DNA of 64,000 bases, taken from the IMG/VR virus record IMGVR_UViG_3300045988_145635, one strand, 5' to 3'. Below are positions 19,188 to 28,064 of the stretch, piece by piece (within the stretch, counting starts at the first letter, position 1; each line of letters opens with the position of its first letter). The notes under the pieces are model-generated. The model had not been told where the DNA came from, did not search any database, and saw nothing but the letters and a program-made list of their open reading frames with translations. Source of the stretch: a virus. Taxonomy: Duplodnaviria; Heunggongvirae; Uroviricota; Caudoviricetes. The translations under genes and the position numbers were made by a program.

Positions 19188-20873
19188 ATGAATACAGCTC
19201 TTTCCATCATCGACGATGCCAACTCAAACACTGCTATCGATTATCGTCAGGAAATGAACGTCATCCACGAAATTGTGGCCGAGTGCGAGAAGGAGATCGC
19301 CTTCATGTATCAGGTTCACGACTTCGTTTATGGAGACGAACGCCACAACATGATTAATCGCCTGCTGCAACTGAACCACCGACCAGATGAAGAACGCTCA
19401 CGTTTGAATCGAGCTTGGCTGGATAAAGTCGATCTGGAATGGGTGAAACAGAATATTTGGGCCGAGTACTGGAGGAAGGTCACGGATATGACTAACGTTC
19501 TGCTGATCATGCCAGCTTCCCGTCGCGACGAGTGGCGTGAGCAGTTTATCGAGGGTAAGCAGGAAGTCATCAAAACTGACAGAACCGGCTATCAGATGAA
19601 GGTAAAAGAGTTCGTTGGTGTACCGGAGTTCAAAGCAGAAACGGTCATACCCACGATGCTTAATTTGCTGAATGACAGGCACAAATATCTCTCTGAGCGC
19701 GTGTATGGCTTGTTTAAGGCGCTGAGTCCTGCGCACAAGACAAATAAGACAAACGGTTTCAGCGAACGTCTGATAATCGCTGACTGCATTTCTGATTTCT
19801 GGCGGGACAGCGTTAGTGTGAACTATCGCAAAGAGGACTATATCGACGATCTGCGTGTCTTGCTTCATTTCTTCGCGCACAAAGAATTTATTACCATCAA
19901 CCGCACTGCTGAGGTGCTATCAGCTGCGTATCGGGCAAACGACTGCCAGACCGGTGACTGGATGAACGTCGATGGAAATCTGATGCGCGTGAAGATGTTC
20001 AAGAACGGCAACGTTCACTTTGAAATACATCCTGACGTGGCCTGGAAGTTGAATGAGGTGCTGGCTTACAGTATGCCTGCTGCAATCCCCGCGCCATGTC
20101 GCACCGCGCCAAAAACACGGGCACCAAAGCAGTTCGGGTTAATCCAGAAGACGATCTCCGTGCCGGTTCGCACTGCGCTTCGTGACGGGCGATTGAGCAA
20201 AGACAAAGGCGTATGGTACTTCTCTGATTCAGCTCTCCAGAAGTCGCAGGTGGAAGAGCTTGAGCGCACACTGAGCTTCATTGGCGGCGTGCAGGAGAAA
20301 AAGCACTGGCAGTTCCCGTATGACATCGTCCATACGCTAAATACGATTGTGGCTACCGGTTTAATACCGGATACAAAATCACACCAGTTCTACCCTACCC
20401 CACGCTTGATTGCTGAGTACGTTGCCAGAGCCACTGAATTGAAGCCTGGTGAGAAGCTGCTGGAGCCTCAAGCCGGACGTGGGGATCTTCTGGCCTATAT
20501 TAACGCCGATCTGGAAGATGTTACCTGCATAGAAATCGCACCTCTCTTCGCTGATATCCTGCGTGGAAAAGGGTATACGAACACGATTTGCTGCGACTTC
20601 ATAAAGTGGTCTGAGGACAACGTAGGTTATCAGTTCGACAAAATCGTTATGAACCCGCCGTATTCGCTTGGTCGTCATAGAGAGCACACGCTGGCTGCGC
20701 TGGGGCATCTGAAAGTCGGCGGGCGTCTTGTAGCAGTATTGCCGGGCACTGCGCCAATACTGGACTGGATGACGATGGATAATTACGTTTATGCCAGAGG
20801 GAAGTCGTTTACCAACGAGTTTGAAGACACAGGGATCACAGTCAGCGTATACGTTTTCAAACGCGTTAAATGA
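19188..20873 (+). CDS. DNA N6-adenine methyltransferase with large N-terminal domain of unknown function
   Basis: C-terminal region has motif I LLEPQAGRGDL and motif IV VMNPPYS (gamma-type order); N-terminal ~400 aa unassigned. Confidence 0.65.
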   Translation: MNTALSIIDDANSNTAIDYRQEMNVIHEIVAECEKEIAFMYQVHDFVYGDERHNMINRLLQLNHRPDEERSRLNRAWLDKVDLEWVKQNIWAEYWRKVTDMTNVLLIMPASRRDEWREQFIEGKQEVIKTDRTGYQMKVKEFVGVPEFKAETVIPTMLNLLNDRHKYLSERVYGLFKALSPAHKTNKTNGFSERLIIADCISDFWRDSVSVNYRKEDYIDDLRVLLHFFAHKEFITINRTAEVLSAAYRANDCQTGDWMNVDGNLMRVKMFKNGNVHFEIHPDVAWKLNEVLAYSMPAAIPAPCRTAPKTRAPKQFGLIQKTISVPVRTALRDGRLSKDKGVWYFSDSALQKSQVEELERTLSFIGGVQEKKHWQFPYDIVHTLNTIVATGLIPDTKSHQFYPTPRLIAEYVARATELKPGEKLLEPQAGRGDLLAYINADLEDVTCIEIAPLFADILRGKGYTNTICCDFIKWSEDNVGYQFDKIVMNPPYSLGRHREHTLAALGHLKVGGRLVAVLPGTAPILDWMTMDNYVYARGKSFTNEFEDTGITVSVYVFKRVK

Positions 20874-20934
20874 TAGGTAAATACTTACCTAATTTGTGTA
20901 AGAATGTAGTTACTAAACGATAAGAGAAAAACAC

Positions 20935-21639
20935 ATGAACAACCTCCAGTTAGAGCATTTTAACGTCACAGGCCATTCTGATTTTCCTTTCAAGTTTACA
21001 TTGAAAGGTTATGCAGAGGATGCGGTAGGCCAGATCATTATTGATAAAGGCATCGTTAAGTTTGAGGGGGATTTTGATGAATCCGCGAAAACATTCATAG
21101 ACTTCGTTGCCAAACGTTGGAGCGAGCAATGGAAAAACCTGGAAAAGCGCGCCAATGAGTTTGATCGGTTCATGGATGCAATGGATACAGCAAAAGAGGC
21201 TCTTGATGCCGGGACTCCGTTAGATCTGGAGTCACTTTTCAACGGCGAAGTGGCCTCTGCGATGTTTGCCACCATGTTCGCGGGTGAGTTCGTCCGCAGC
21301 GGTGCCAAAAACTACCTTGAGCTGGATTACAACGTCCCTGCAATTGGCGATTTCGTCGTTACCATCCAACGCAAAGAAGGTAAGACGCCAGGTGAACGCG
21401 TCGCAGAGCTTGAGGCCGTTGTGGATCAGCGTAACGGAGAGTGTGACCGTTTGATCAACGAGCTTCATGCACTTCGGGAAGAAAGAATATGCGCGGGTAG
21501 TAATACACGTAATGCAGCGGATATCTACTTCCAGTTAGTTGAGGAATGCCAGATTCCACCAGGTGGCTCTCTTGTCGATTACGTAAGACATTTAATGGCG
21601 GAAGTTAGCTCCAGCCATAAAGATGGTGAGGTGCGCTGA
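20935..21639 (+). CDS. hypothetical protein
   Basis: 234-aa ORF preceded by a class B palindrome and a purine-rich site. Confidence 0.5.
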   Translation: MNNLQLEHFNVTGHSDFPFKFTLKGYAEDAVGQIIIDKGIVKFEGDFDESAKTFIDFVAKRWSEQWKNLEKRANEFDRFMDAMDTAKEALDAGTPLDLESLFNGEVASAMFATMFAGEFVRSGAKNYLELDYNVPAIGDFVVTIQRKEGKTPGERVAELEAVVDQRNGECDRLINELHALREERICAGSNTRNAADIYFQLVEECQIPPGGSLVDYVRHLMAEVSSSHKDGEVR

Positions 21640-22019
21640 TGTTTGGCATTGACGCACAGCGTATAGCCGCTTTTGCAAAAAGCCCTCTTGATAATCCCTT
21701 GTCTCGTAGTGAGCAAATGGAGCTGGCAAGGCTTTTTCTTCACATTCAAAAACAGGCAGACATTTTCAATAACATGCCTAATCAACCTATTCTGGATGGT
21801 CACATCCAGATGGTCATTAACAGTCATGAGAAAGGCTGGGCTGCAATCGTCCCCAGCACAATTACATACAAGTTGGCGAAAGAGGTTCAAGAGTTTCGAA
21901 AAGCCAGTGTCGAATCTGAGTCTACCAAAGCCGCAATAAACACTCTTATTCGCATGGGATTCACATGGAACGGTGGAGCCTACTGGCAAGCACCTCACCC
22001 CATTTTATCCGGCAATTAG
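21639..22019 (+). CDS. hypothetical protein
   Basis: 126-aa ORF whose start overlaps the upstream stop. Confidence 0.45.
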   Translation: MFGIDAQRIAAFAKSPLDNPLSRSEQMELARLFLHIQKQADIFNNMPNQPILDGHIQMVINSHEKGWAAIVPSTITYKLAKEVQEFRKASVESESTKAAINTLIRMGFTWNGGAYWQAPHPILSGN

Positions 22020-22074
22020 ACGCTACAAATCCTTCTGCGTGAATAAATAAAGGCCATAAGTTGTGGCCTTAAAT

Positions 22075-22130
22075 AAATTGTTTTCTGCCTTTTCTTATTT
22101 GTGAAAATAACCACAACTAGAAAACAACGG
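22075..22130 (+). promoter_or_regulatory. class A extended module (AATTGTTTTCTGCC ... TTTGTGAAAAT ... AGAAAACAA)
   Basis: Conserved ~55-bp module also present at 30182-30247 and 34255-34305; ends about 10 nt before ATG 22139. Confidence 0.5.
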
Positions 22131-22138
22131 AGTTAAGA

Positions 22139-22780
22139 ATGTCTAGTATTTCCGAAGCACATATGTTCGCCGCTGGCGCTCATGGTGGCGTTGGTCAGAA
22201 AAGAAAATATACCGGCGAAAACTACATCAACCACCCGGTTGCTGTCCGAGAGATTGTTGCATTGCATGACGGAACCGTGGAGATGCAAATCGCGGCGCTT
22301 CTGCATGATGTGGTCGAAGACACCCATGTAACCATAGAGATGGTTCGTGATCACTTCGGTGAGCGCGTAGCTGAAATGGTTCAGGCTCTGACCAACATTG
22401 CAAGGCCAGAAGACGGCAATCGAATACAGCGTTTCATCATCAATGTCCGGGAGCTGGAGCAAAATCTCGACATGCAGACGCGCATGATCAAGCTGGCTGA
22501 CCTGCTCGACAATACCTCTTCTATCGTGAGTCGCGATCCTGAGTTTTCAGCTATCTACCTTGCAGAGAAAGAGCTGATGCTGGACGTACTTTTTAACGGG
22601 AAGGAGATTGGTGCCAACGCTGATGTTGTCGAGTACATGGAGAGGATAGGTATAGAACACCCGTTGTTATTAAGCGCAAAGGCGAAAGTCACTGAAGGTA
22701 TTGCGCTTCTGAAACCGGTACACATCAAACGTTATGAAAAACACAAATCGCTGATCTGGAGCGCGTGGGAGGCTGCATGA
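22139..22780 (+). CDS. HD-domain (p)ppGpp hydrolase-like protein (RelA/SpoT hydrolase domain only)
   Basis: HPVAVREIV ... AALLHDVVEDT block matching the SpoT/RelA HD hydrolase signature; 213 aa, no synthetase domain. Confidence 0.7.
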   Translation: MSSISEAHMFAAGAHGGVGQKRKYTGENYINHPVAVREIVALHDGTVEMQIAALLHDVVEDTHVTIEMVRDHFGERVAEMVQALTNIARPEDGNRIQRFIINVRELEQNLDMQTRMIKLADLLDNTSSIVSRDPEFSAIYLAEKELMLDVLFNGKEIGANADVVEYMERIGIEHPLLLSAKAKVTEGIALLKPVHIKRYEKHKSLIWSAWEAA

Positions 22781-23319
22781 AGGTCGAAAAAATAGATGTT
22801 CTTTCCTTTGTGCTGACGGATCTGGAACGCCTCGATCCGGTTCGAGTGATGATTGAAAACTACGAACCTGGTAAGGGAAGAATCACCATCACCTGCTACG
22901 GAAAAGCGTGGACTGCGGCTTGGTTTGCTATGGGCGGTGATGATGTGCAGACGTTCATTAAGCGAGTTAGCAACGATTATCTAATCGACAATTTCGACCC
23001 TCAACTGCTAAGCACGGTCGACGATGACAACGATGCAAATCTGCTTTTCGTAAAGTCAGAAATCATAAAGTTACGAAGAGAGAGAGAAATAGACGCCGTA
23101 CTGGCTCGCGAAATGTGGGACGAGGCGGAAAACGCCGATGACGTAAAAGAAAGCTGCTGTTGTTTCGGCGTCGGTAACAAACTGCTGAATCTCTTTGGTG
23201 ATGATCCGTGGTATGCCGACTGGCCAACGGTACCAAACCCGAAATACCAGTATCTGGAACGCATTGTGAACGCGGTACGTGAAGGGCTGAAAGAGTTAGA
23301 TAAGTTAGAGGCATCGTAA
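22777..23319 (+). CDS. hypothetical protein
   Basis: Start set to the ATG overlapping the upstream stop (ATGA). Confidence 0.5.
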   Translation: MKVEKIDVLSFVLTDLERLDPVRVMIENYEPGKGRITITCYGKAWTAAWFAMGGDDVQTFIKRVSNDYLIDNFDPQLLSTVDDDNDANLLFVKSEIIKLRREREIDAVLAREMWDEAENADDVKESCCCFGVGNKLLNLFGDDPWYADWPTVPNPKYQYLERIVNAVREGLKELDKLEAS

Positions 23320-23762
23320 TGAGAGAGAAAATCAAGAACCCGGTCGTCGTATTGTATAAACGGGAAACCAGCGATTCTTATGCGGTATCCATCACTGATG
23401 GAAGCCAGAACATGCACGATGGTCTGCTAATGGCCTCCGTATCTCCTGATGATTCTGACTACCCTTTCGCCACTTTCGCTATGGTTGGTTACTACATGGC
23501 TGCCGAAATTGAGAAGTTGCGTGTTGAGCTGGAGACCGTTAAACAGCGGGAAAAGGATCTGTTTATGGAAAATGTTCGACTTAAGTCAGGTATAGCAGGT
23601 CTGATACACCTCGGTATTCGATATGCGGATGTCGAAGTCATGAAAATAGCTGGAGATGCCCAGCTTTCTACTCCCTGTACTGACAGCATCATAAACAGTA
23701 TTGCATCAGGCGTTTTCACCAAAGAGGGTCAGCATGATGAGAACAGTAGAAGTTCGCGCTGA
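23319..23762 (+). CDS. hypothetical protein
   Basis: 147-aa ORF in the co-directional array. Confidence 0.5.
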   Translation: MREKIKNPVVVLYKRETSDSYAVSITDGSQNMHDGLLMASVSPDDSDYPFATFAMVGYYMAAEIEKLRVELETVKQREKDLFMENVRLKSGIAGLIHLGIRYADVEVMKIAGDAQLSTPCTDSIINSIASGVFTKEGQHDENSRSSR

Positions 23763-23922
23763 AGATGTAATCCCAGGTGATGTGGTCATAACATCTAAAG
23801 GCAAACGATGTGCGGTTAAATCTTTCTGGATGGAAGGTGACAAAGTGACTCTGTTCGGTACAGATGGTTCCGAAACGGATTATGACTACGACGAATTGCT
23901 TGTTGTTGAGAGAGCTATCTAA
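23734..23922 (+). CDS. hypothetical small protein
   Basis: AGAGGG site before ATG 23734; 62 aa. Confidence 0.35.
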   Translation: MMRTVEVRAEDVIPGDVVITSKGKRCAVKSFWMEGDKVTLFGTDGSETDYDYDELLVVERAI

Positions 23923-24575
23923 TGACCACCGTTAACAATAAGAAATGCTACCCAAGCGAGAAATATCTTAATGAGCTGATCACCAACATTGAGTTTGCTG
24001 CAAGGGCACCAGTTGAAGTCGTGAGAGCGATTGCAGCAGAGCTACAGAAGCACCGTAAGGCCTATGCCAATACAGCAGCAACTAAGGATGGTTGGATAAG
24101 CTGTAGTGAGCGAATGCCTGTAATTGGCGAGCTAAATTGGAGAACTAGTTTTCCTTTACTGGTTACGTGTGAGATCGGCGTTATACCTGCTTATTACGGC
24201 TTTGTGAGCGTTAATGGTGATAGGCATTATGGCTTTATGGAGAGTCTTAAATACGGAGACGATAACGGCAACCATCCTCAAACTAATGAATATGGTCTGA
24301 TTAGCAATGTCACACACTGGATGCCACTACCAGAACGCCGCAGGAGTCGAACAGTGAATAAAGCAGAGTTATTTCAGAAAATATCGGCTCTCGCGACTGA
24401 ATGCCACGCTATAGCATCTGAGCTTGATGTTGGCGATGAACGAACCGAGATGTTCGAAATATACAGTGTGCTGCGCAATCTCTGTCGGCGTGGCTACGCC
24501 ACTCAAGTAGGGCGAATGACTAACCCACTACTCTCATCCTGTGATGAGGATGACTCGGATGAGGATGACGAATGA
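23922..24575 (+). CDS. hypothetical protein
   Basis: 217-aa ORF with acidic C-terminal tail; start overlaps the upstream stop. Confidence 0.5.
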   Translation: MTTVNNKKCYPSEKYLNELITNIEFAARAPVEVVRAIAAELQKHRKAYANTAATKDGWISCSERMPVIGELNWRTSFPLLVTCEIGVIPAYYGFVSVNGDRHYGFMESLKYGDDNGNHPQTNEYGLISNVTHWMPLPERRRSRTVNKAELFQKISALATECHAIASELDVGDERTEMFEIYSVLRNLCRRGYATQVGRMTNPLLSSCDEDDSDEDDE

Positions 24576-24955
24576 TGCATAAATCAGTAGCCGGTGAGTT
24601 TCAGAAGGAAGTCGATAATACCACTGATCTATTGGACGATATTTTAAGCATTCTCGCGCTGCTTGAGGCTGGCGATTGGTCAGAACATTGCACTAAAACA
24701 GAGCTAGGCGGTCGGCTTGAAAGAGAGATTACACGACTGATTAGCGATGCCCAAAATGATTTGTCACCTGAGCATCTCCCCTGCGATGTAGTTCTTGTGC
24801 CAGGGATGAGGATACACGAAGGCGTCAGAACGAAAACATTATTAACCGCATTACAGAGAAGAGCCGAACTAAGCTCGCGGATAAAGTTGATGCCATCCAA
24901 AATATTTGATGTCGTCAAATTTATGCCATCGCAACATACTGAGAGAGATAAATGA
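24572..24955 (+). CDS. hypothetical protein
   Basis: 127-aa ORF, overlapping start/stop with neighbours. Confidence 0.5.
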   Translation: MMHKSVAGEFQKEVDNTTDLLDDILSILALLEAGDWSEHCTKTELGGRLEREITRLISDAQNDLSPEHLPCDVVLVPGMRIHEGVRTKTLLTALQRRAELSSRIKLMPSKIFDVVKFMPSQHTERDK

Positions 24956-25578
24956 GCACGGTAGCGAAAGATCTCACAGAAGATATTCTCAATGAAATTA
25001 TTGCTGGTGCAAATACCTCGCTTGAGCAACTTCTTGCGTTAGCACTGAGAGCCGAACGTCGAGACAGAAATCGTTTTTATGAGCGATTACCAGGGAAGCG
25101 ACCAGATAGATCGGATGAAGAAGGTTGCGATATAGACTACATGGAGCCTTCAGAGATTTATCAACTTGGTAAAGATGACGGCTGGAACGCTTATCACGAT
25201 GCTGTGATGAAGTTGGATGAAAAAGTTAAACCTCTTTCTCGACCGGTAGATCACGGTTTCCGCGATAACTGCGAATGCTCTAGTTGCCAGACCACGGCCC
25301 GTATTTGTTCCGAATTGACAGATAAGTCCAGCCTAATCTACGAAGTTAATGTAGGCGGTAATACATGGGTCGAATGCACAAGAGCTGCATACGTAAGAGC
25401 AAAAGACAAGGGTGAATTAACCAGAGTTGTTACCAATCACCCAAATAATGAGCTTAAAGATCACCAGATTCGAGAACTGGTGAACGAGTTGAGAGATATT
25501 GCGGTTCAGTACCACGGAACGCAGCAATTGCGGGAGAAGATTGCCAGAGCAGTGAACAACTCAGTCCGTAAAAAATAA
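24952..25578 (+). CDS. hypothetical protein
   Basis: 208-aa ORF, last gene of the + strand array before the non-coding gap. Confidence 0.5.
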   Translation: MSTVAKDLTEDILNEIIAGANTSLEQLLALALRAERRDRNRFYERLPGKRPDRSDEEGCDIDYMEPSEIYQLGKDDGWNAYHDAVMKLDEKVKPLSRPVDHGFRDNCECSSCQTTARICSELTDKSSLIYEVNVGGNTWVECTRAAYVRAKDKGELTRVVTNHPNNELKDHQIRELVNELRDIAVQYHGTQQLREKIARAVNNSVRKK

Positions 25579-25596
25579 GCAATAGTACGATAAAGA

Positions 25597-25621
25597 GGCC
25601 CCATGCTCTTGATGGGGCCTG
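25597..25621 (+). terminator. hairpin AGGCCCCAT-N7-ATGGGGCCT
   Basis: 9-bp perfect inverted repeat directly after the stop of the 24952-25578 gene; no clean T-run. Confidence 0.4.
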
Positions 25622-26016
25622 TAGCAACTAGCGTTATGGACGCTGGTTTACGTACTCAATGATCGCTTTGATAATCGCGAACATCGGCGGCACGATTTTG
25701 AACAGTAAGTTAACCATAACAGGCCTCACTTAGTTTTATCGCGCCTAGCTGCAAATACCTTTGGGCTTGCCTTTGCAGTTGCAATATCTGTAGTCGCCAG
25801 ATACTTACGGCACGATTTCGAGTTAAGGTAAGGTTTTAGAGTCACCAAAAACCTGGACTTAAATCTTCTTTGAGAACAACGATGTTTAGTAAATGGTCAT
25901 TATTACCTGGTATGACCACTCAACGTTTCTTGATGAATCCAGTACATTCGGTTAATCTTAATTCAGTCGCCAGATACTTATGGCTCAGGAACAGAGCCGC
26001 AAACTCTGTTTCCTTT

Positions 26017-26047
26017 TAAAAAGCCCAGCCTAGTCAACTGGGCTTTT
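26017..26047. terminator. bidirectional rho-independent terminator
   Basis: AAAAAGCCCAG-loop-CTGGGCTTTTT: GC stem flanked by an A-run and a T-run. Confidence 0.6.
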
Positions 26048-26343
26048 TAATGTCTATTTTTAACCCAATGAACCTTCAATACCGCAACATCAGTGTCTTG
26101 CGAATTAAGATAGTGTGTATAGGTTATGCATGCAAGTGCATAACTCTGTGGATAACTCAGGAAGGAAAAAGTAGCTTCCGCGCAATTTAGGCCAGACAAG
26201 GCTTTCGCAAAAGTCAACAGAGAGAAAAAATTTGTTAAAAATAACGTTTGTTGGAATTGTATATATTTATGCCTTTCAATAGTTAGCATCTTATTAACAT
26301 CTTTTTTAAGAGATAGAGTTCAAAAATATATAGCTTCAACATA

Positions 26344-26363
26344 TACTGTATGTGTATACAGTA
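26344..26363. promoter_or_regulatory. LexA (SOS) box
   Basis: TACTGTATGTGTATACAGTA fits CTGT-N8-ACAG with AT-rich centre; 16 nt upstream of the umuD'-like start, overlapping its promoter region. Confidence 0.75.
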
Positions 26364-26379
26364 TTAAGAGGCGAGTATT

Positions 26380-26769
26380 ATGGGCTTCCCTTCTCCTGCG
26401 GCGGATTATGCTGAGAGCCGTATTTCTCTTGATCAGCAGATAATTAGACATCCTTCAGCGACCTACTTCATGAGGGCAGCTGATAGTCATCATCGTGAGG
26501 GAATATTGCAGGGCGCATTGCTGGTGGTCGATTCCTCACTTACCCCGGTTGATGGTTCTCTGCTTGTATGCGCTCTGGATGGGGAATATCGCGTAAAAAG
26601 ATACCGGAAGTATCCACGTCAGCATCTGGAGGATTTAAGAACTGGTAAGAAGGAAGCATTGCCAAAGGATGACGATGGATGCACGGGCAGCAATGCCGTG
26701 TTTGGTGTGATCACTCACATTATCAACGACGCAAGAAGTGGCGAGTTTGATGATTGTCCTGTGATGTAG
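26380..26769 (+). CDS. UmuD'-like protein (UmuD homologue beginning at the position of the RecA-mediated cleavage site)
   Basis: Begins MGFPSPAADY ... HPSATYF, matching UmuD residues directly after the Cys24-Gly25 cleavage site; Ser and Lys retained in ADSH and VKRY; AAGAGG ribosome-binding site; LexA box upstream. Confidence 0.75.
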   Translation: MGFPSPAADYAESRISLDQQIIRHPSATYFMRAADSHHREGILQGALLVVDSSLTPVDGSLLVCALDGEYRVKRYRKYPRQHLEDLRTGKKEALPKDDDGCTGSNAVFGVITHIINDARSGEFDDCPVM

Positions 26770-26780
26770 GAGAACTGTTT

Positions 26781-26806
26781 AGGTGGTGCAATGCACCACC
26801 TTTTTA
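26781..26806 (+). terminator. rho-independent terminator
   Basis: Perfect 10-bp palindrome AGGTGGTGCA/TGCACCACCT followed by TTTTAT, between the convergent umuD'-like and mrp genes. Confidence 0.7.
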
Positions 26807-27907
26807 TCACACTGCGCGGAATGCGATTTCGCCAGGTATTACTTCACCTTGCCAATACATTTGGGCAGCAACGCGATCTGCGAGGTCACGATAAATAGCC
26901 GTAAATTCGCTATCTGGACGACTAATAACGGTTGGTGTTCCGTTATCCAGATCTTCACGAAGAGAGATATGAAGTGGCATTTGGCCTAACAACTGCGTGT
27001 TGTATTTCTCGGCCAGTTTCTGTGCGCCACCGGTGCCAAAAATTGGCTCGTGATGACCGCAGTTACTGCAAATATGCACACTCATGTTTTCGACGATACC
27101 CAGTACCGGCACTTCGACTTTTTCGAACATCACAATGCCTTTCTTCGCATCGATCAGCGCGATGTCTTGCGGCGTAGTTACCACAACCGCACCAGTTACA
27201 GGAATGTTCTGCGCCAGCGTCAACTGAATATCACCAGTGCCCGGCGGCATATCGAGAACGAGATAGTCCAGATCAGGCCATAGAGTTTCCTGCAACATCT
27301 GCATCAGCGCCTTGCTGGCCATCGGTCCACGCCACACCATTGCATTGTCGTCGGTGACCAGATAACCAATAGAGTTGGTTGCCAGGCCATGAGACATGAT
27401 AGGTGCCATGTGAGTACCGTCCGGTGAGGTTGGACGTTGGTTTTCCGCGCCCAGCATGGTTGGAATTGATGGACCATAGATATCGGCATCCAAAATACCA
27501 ACTTTCGCACCTTCAGCAGCCAACGCCAGTGCCAGATTTACCGCCGTGGAGGATTTACCTACGCCGCCCTTGCCTGAGCTGACGGCGATAATGTTCTTAA
27601 CGCCATTAATGCCTGGTTGGTTTTTGACGCGCTTAAGCGTGGCAATGTTGTACGACAGCTTCCAGTCAATAGCCTTTGCGCCAGTGATACGGAGCAGATC
27701 ACCACTACATTGCTCTTTCAGGTCTTCAAAAGGCTTATTCCACACGAAAGGCATGATTAGTTCGACATGCAGTGTGTCATCCATCAACGCAACATGGTGT
27801 AACGCTTTAAGCGTAGTCAGGTTGTGTTTCAGGGTTGGGTGCTGAAAATTAGCCAGCGTACCGGCTACCATTGCTCTCAGGGCATCCGGCGATTTGGACT
27901 CGCTCAT
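26807..27907 (-). CDS. apbC: Fe-S cluster carrier ATPase Mrp/ApbC (host-type)
   Basis: 366-aa protein that matches recalled enterobacterial Mrp almost throughout (SGKGGVGKSSTAVNLALAL, CSNCGHHEPIFG); divergent from metG as in enterobacterial chromosomes. Confidence 0.95.
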   Translation of the reverse strand: MSESKSPDALRAMVAGTLANFQHPTLKHNLTTLKALHHVALMDDTLHVELIMPFVWNKPFEDLKEQCSGDLLRITGAKAIDWKLSYNIATLKRVKNQPGINGVKNIIAVSSGKGGVGKSSTAVNLALALAAEGAKVGILDADIYGPSIPTMLGAENQRPTSPDGTHMAPIMSHGLATNSIGYLVTDDNAMVWRGPMASKALMQMLQETLWPDLDYLVLDMPPGTGDIQLTLAQNIPVTGAVVVTTPQDIALIDAKKGIVMFEKVEVPVLGIVENMSVHICSNCGHHEPIFGTGGAQKLAEKYNTQLLGQMPLHISLREDLDNGTPTVISRPDSEFTAIYRDLADRVAAQMYWQGEVIPGEIAFRAV

Positions 27908-28064
27908 CCCGTCTCCTTTATTTTAATTTGCGCAATTGTCGCCTTGTAGTGTACTCCAGCTACGACATTTAATCATTTATGAGAAATGCTGTTATCACAT
28001 GGCAGACATAAGGCCATTTTGTTACTATCAAGCCCCTTTTCACTACAAAGAAGTAATGCCTACT

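Noticed and set aside
25622-26016. tRNA genes in the non-coding gaps (also 14716-15303)
   Set aside because: No acceptor-stem/T-loop (GTTCGAATC-type) cloverleaf pattern recognised by eye; a tRNA scanner should still be run.
26047-26289. 80-aa minus-strand ORF in the umuD'-like promoter region
   Set aside because: Lies in AT-rich promoter-like DNA with no ribosome-binding site and overlaps the terminator; probably spurious.
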